From a virus (lineage: Duplodnaviria; Caudoviricetes): a stretch of DNA of 29,192 nucleotides. A program made the translations under genes and the position numbers. The notes beneath the pieces are model-generated. The model was given only the letters and a program-made list of their open reading frames with translations. It did no database searches and was not told the origin of the DNA. The DNA is taken from IMG/VR virus record IMGVR_UViG_3300042898_000606, positions 1 through 29,192 of that record, one strand, 5' to 3'. Shown here one piece after another: positions 26,595 through 29,192 of this stretch (within the stretch, counting starts at the first letter, position 1; each line of letters starts with the position of its first letter).

Positions 26595-26623
26595 ACATTT
26601 GAGGGGGTTAAAATAATATAGGT
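26594..26623 (+). promoter_or_regulatory. putative late promoter copy 5 (AACA-N16-TAATATAGGT)
   Basis: Fills the intergenic gap, abutting ATG 26624. Confidence 0.75.
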
Positions 26624-27397
26624 ATGGCTAATGGATGGTGGGGTGATTGGAGACCCTCTTTACCTGCTCACACAGGAGACTTACAGGCAACAGATTTAAT
26701 AGAGTGTACCTCTATTGTTGGTGGTGTACCTGTGAACACAGCTATTACAGGGCAGCAGATAATTGATGCGGCAGCAGGGGGTGGTGCATCCTGGGGAGGT
26801 ATCACAGGAACGCTATCAGCTCAGACTGATTTACAGAGTGCATTGAATGCTAAGCAACCTACTCTAGTAAGTGGCACTAACATAAAGACAGTGAATGGCA
26901 ACTCATTGGTAGGTAGTGGTAATGTTAGCATAGGTCCTAGGTTAATGGGTTTTAGTGGAATACTAGGTACCAATACTACAGGTACCGCAGTTACTATATG
27001 CCACTCACTATTAATACCTGCCAACACATTAGGTACAAACAATATCCTGCAGTTAGTATTTAGAATGATGAGGGTAACAGGTAACACGGGGCAGATGTAC
27101 GGCCGTATCTATTTTAACACTACCAACAGCTTAACGGGTGCTACCTTATTCAACACTATCTTTACAATGAATGGAGGAGGTACTCAATTCCTTGGATACG
27201 TTGAGCGTAACTTTAGCTACAATGGTACTAACTTGACTAGCTACCTTAATGCTGCGTATAGTGACAACACCACAGGTACCATTCTCAATGTACCCTTTAA
27301 TAGGTCAGTGGATAATTACATCCTGTTTACTATGCAATGTCAGGGAGTGACTGAGACTGCTAACATAAACCTATTCAAAGTATTCGCGTATGTTTAA
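26624..27397 (+). CDS. tail fibre / receptor-binding protein
   Basis: WGGITGTLSAQTDLQSALNAKQ and LVSGTNIKTVNGNSL fibre-shaft motifs; G/T/N-rich beta C-terminal domain. Confidence 0.7.
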   Translation: MANGWWGDWRPSLPAHTGDLQATDLIECTSIVGGVPVNTAITGQQIIDAAAGGGASWGGITGTLSAQTDLQSALNAKQPTLVSGTNIKTVNGNSLVGSGNVSIGPRLMGFSGILGTNTTGTAVTICHSLLIPANTLGTNNILQLVFRMMRVTGNTGQMYGRIYFNTTNSLTGATLFNTIFTMNGGGTQFLGYVERNFSYNGTNLTSYLNAAYSDNTTGTILNVPFNRSVDNYILFTMQCQGVTETANINLFKVFAYV

Positions 27398-27533
27398 TAT
27401 TAACGGAATAGAGTACACCATCACAGGACCCATTGAGGTAGTGAGTGATACACAGCTCCATGTGGAAACAGATAAGGGTATCATTCTAGTAGATGATACA
27501 ATGGAAATATATAAAGCATTAACAAATGGCTAG
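27390..27533 (+). CDS. small protein, 47 aa (MFNINGIEYTITGPIEVVSDTQ...), possibly fibre-associated
   Basis: Manually translated; overlaps both neighbours by 8 nt. Confidence 0.6.
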   Translation: MFNINGIEYTITGPIEVVSDTQLHVETDKGIILVDDTMEIYKALTNG

Positions 27534-27999
27534 ATACGGTAACACAGGTATATTCAATGTGCTATATCCTACACGTAGGAAAATGGCTAACATACTTAGG
27601 AGGATAGTAAGAAATGATATCTCTAATCCTACAGGTAGTACTCTAGTAGATAGTATCCGTATCAATGCTCGAATAGTAAACATGGAGCGCTTAGAGATAG
27701 AGATAGTAGCTATGTACTATTTTATATTCCTTAACAATGGGGTGCCTCAGACTGCTAATGCTTATGGGTTTAATGATGGTCAGATAGCTCCTAGAGAATT
27801 TGTAGATGCGTTTACTAGGGAAATGGAGAGCTCAGGATTAACAGCACAAATATATCAGCAGTATTTTGATTGGCTTACTAAGACTTACCCAATGAATAAA
27901 TGGTCAGAGGTATTAAAAGAGAATCAAAAGATAGTATATACTTTCTATGCACTTGACCCTCCTCCAGGATTCTCTCCTAACGTACCATTAAATGTCTAA
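27526..27999 (+). CDS. putative neck/tail completion protein (HK97 gp10-like)
   Basis: TLVDSI, YFIFLNNG and IAPREF motifs. Confidence 0.5.
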   Translation: MARYGNTGIFNVLYPTRRKMANILRRIVRNDISNPTGSTLVDSIRINARIVNMERLEIEIVAMYYFIFLNNGVPQTANAYGFNDGQIAPREFVDAFTREMESSGLTAQIYQQYFDWLTKTYPMNKWSEVLKENQKIVYTFYALDPPPGFSPNVPLNV

Positions 28000-28728
28000 T
28001 TGTTTTTTCATAGACAGCACATTAAACACATAGATGAGAGGTAGGGCTCCTACCTTTTCACTCTTAGTAATATCCCCATTGGTAAGGCCGTAGATAGTTT
28101 GCTCCCATGACCACTTAGTCTGAGCCTGTTCTTTCTCTATTTCTTTAACCTCTTCGGGATCTAACTCCCTGCGCTCCTCCTCACTAAGCTCTTGGTCAAG
28201 CTCACCACTAAACAGGTTCTCATAGTTTTTTAGAAACGTATCCCTGTACTTGAGAAACTCATGCACTATACCATAGACATCTGTAATAGCTACGTCATGA
28301 AATTTCTCAGCTCTGATATTACAATCAAACTCATAGGGCTCAAGTATCTCATCCCCCCACTCATTTGTCTTTGTATGCCGGTAGCAGATGGCACAAACTT
28401 TGTCAAGATTTGTGACGTAGTTATCTGTGAAATAATAGTCCAGGTCAATGTACTCGAAAAGAGTGAGCTTGTTGAGTGGCTTAAACTTCATTCCAAAGAG
28501 CTCATGCTTATATATTTTGGATGGCTCAGAGGTGCACCACTTGGCTTCTGCTACAAGTTCTGCCATCTCATCTACATCCATATCCTCAATGACCTCCATA
28601 GGCTCATCTGATAAGATAGAGAGAGCCTCACTATTGTAGTGGTAGGCTCCCTGTTCTCTATCTATGCCGCTAAATTCAATGAACTGCTCAAGCGTTACTT
28701 GACTCCACTGCTTCGGTAATTTGATCAT
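27988..28728 (-). CDS. putative tail assembly chaperone B (246 aa)
   Basis: Likely start MIKLPKQWSQVTLEQF at 28728; C-terminal WSWEQTIYGLTNGDITK...L motif. Confidence 0.6.
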   Translation of the reverse strand: MIKLPKQWSQVTLEQFIEFSGIDREQGAYHYNSEALSILSDEPMEVIEDMDVDEMAELVAEAKWCTSEPSKIYKHELFGMKFKPLNKLTLFEYIDLDYYFTDNYVTNLDKVCAICYRHTKTNEWGDEILEPYEFDCNIRAEKFHDVAITDVYGIVHEFLKYRDTFLKNYENLFSGELDQELSEEERRELDPEEVKEIEKEQAQTKWSWEQTIYGLTNGDITKSEKVGALPLIYVFNVLSMKKQLDI

Positions 28729-29192
28729 TGGCTTGCTGTGATATTTTTTTAGCAATAAACATGATATAAGGAATGGAGATAGCTGCATTCAATTTACGGA
28801 TGAGCTTTGCTTTGTGCTTGATGTGTGCATCTGCATAGTGCTCAGCAGAGGTAAGGTCCTCCCGTTTAAACATCACAGCTAACATCTCGGATACATATCC
28901 TTTCTCTTTTTTTATTGTTATCTTTTCAATCATCTTAGTATCCCGTACAGTTAACTTTAATTGTGCTTTGTACACATAGCCCTCAAGCTCTATCTCCTCA
29001 ACTGTTGGATAGTCTTTCTGCTCACTGCTGTTAAAGTCTCTTACCATCCCTACAAAATCAGCTACATCATAATCCCAAAACTCTGATTCAGGGATACCAA
29101 GGTAAGCAAACACCTGGAGGTGCTTATCAATGGGGTCAAGTTCCTGATTGTTATTAATATCAGTGATTGCTTCAAACTGCTCAATAGTGAGC
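28688..29192 (-). CDS. 3' part of origin-spanning putative tail assembly chaperone A
   Basis: Open frame continues through the terminal repeat to the ATG at 171. Confidence 0.8.
   Translation of the reverse strand, partial: LTIEQFEAITDINNNQELDPIDKHLQVFAYLGIPESEFWDYDVADFVGMVRDFNSSEQKDYPTVEEIELEGYVYKAQLKLTVRDTKMIEKITIKKEKGYVSEMLAVMFKREDLTSAEHYADAHIKHKAKLIRKLNAAISIPYIMFIAKKISQQANDQITEAVESSNA
29066..29192. repeat. 127-bp terminal direct repeat (right copy)
   Basis: Identical to 1-127 (atcataatcc...atagtgagc). Confidence 0.95.

Noticed and set aside
26624-27397. Diversity-generating retroelement or invertible tail fibre
   Set aside because: No reverse transcriptase, invertase or second copy of the fibre C terminus seen.
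1-29192. Stop-codon reassignment, tRNA genes or lysogeny module
   Set aside because: Genes are intact in the standard code with TAA, TAG and TGA all used as stops; no cloverleaf seen in the few gaps; no integrase or partition genes recognised.

Overview
The window is a complete, circularly permuted ~29.07 kb tailed dsDNA phage genome. Bases 1-127 equal 29066-29192, most likely an assembler overlap. It is probably a small siphovirus of a Bacteroidota (Flavobacteria-like) host, based on TAnnTTTG promoters, A-rich translation starts without Shine-Dalgarno sequences, a BT4734-type primase and a DUF3127 SSB. Modules: head protease/scaffold, capsid, tail tube, portal and adaptor (215-5021); lysis genes plus a DnaQ-like exonuclease (5018-7351); early/replication region (7514-16610); a sigma-like late activator operon (16598-17557); terminase (17891-19593); tail (19625-27999); and an inverted pair of paralogous chaperone-like genes (27988-171, across the origin). 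I recognised no integrase, DNA polymerase, tRNA, CRISPR array or reverse transcriptase. The most interesting signals are regulatory: (i) a putative small RNA complementary to the translation-initiation regions of two early operon-leading genes; (ii) five copies of an AACA-N15/16-YAATATAGGT element abutting start codons of late operons; (iii) a perfect Fur-box-like palindrome before the main early promoter; (iv) an origin-like cluster of TTATCGTCA (DnaA-box-like) repeats between a DnaA-domain-IV gene and the primase-helicase. All product calls come from motif recognition and gene context; no database searches were run.
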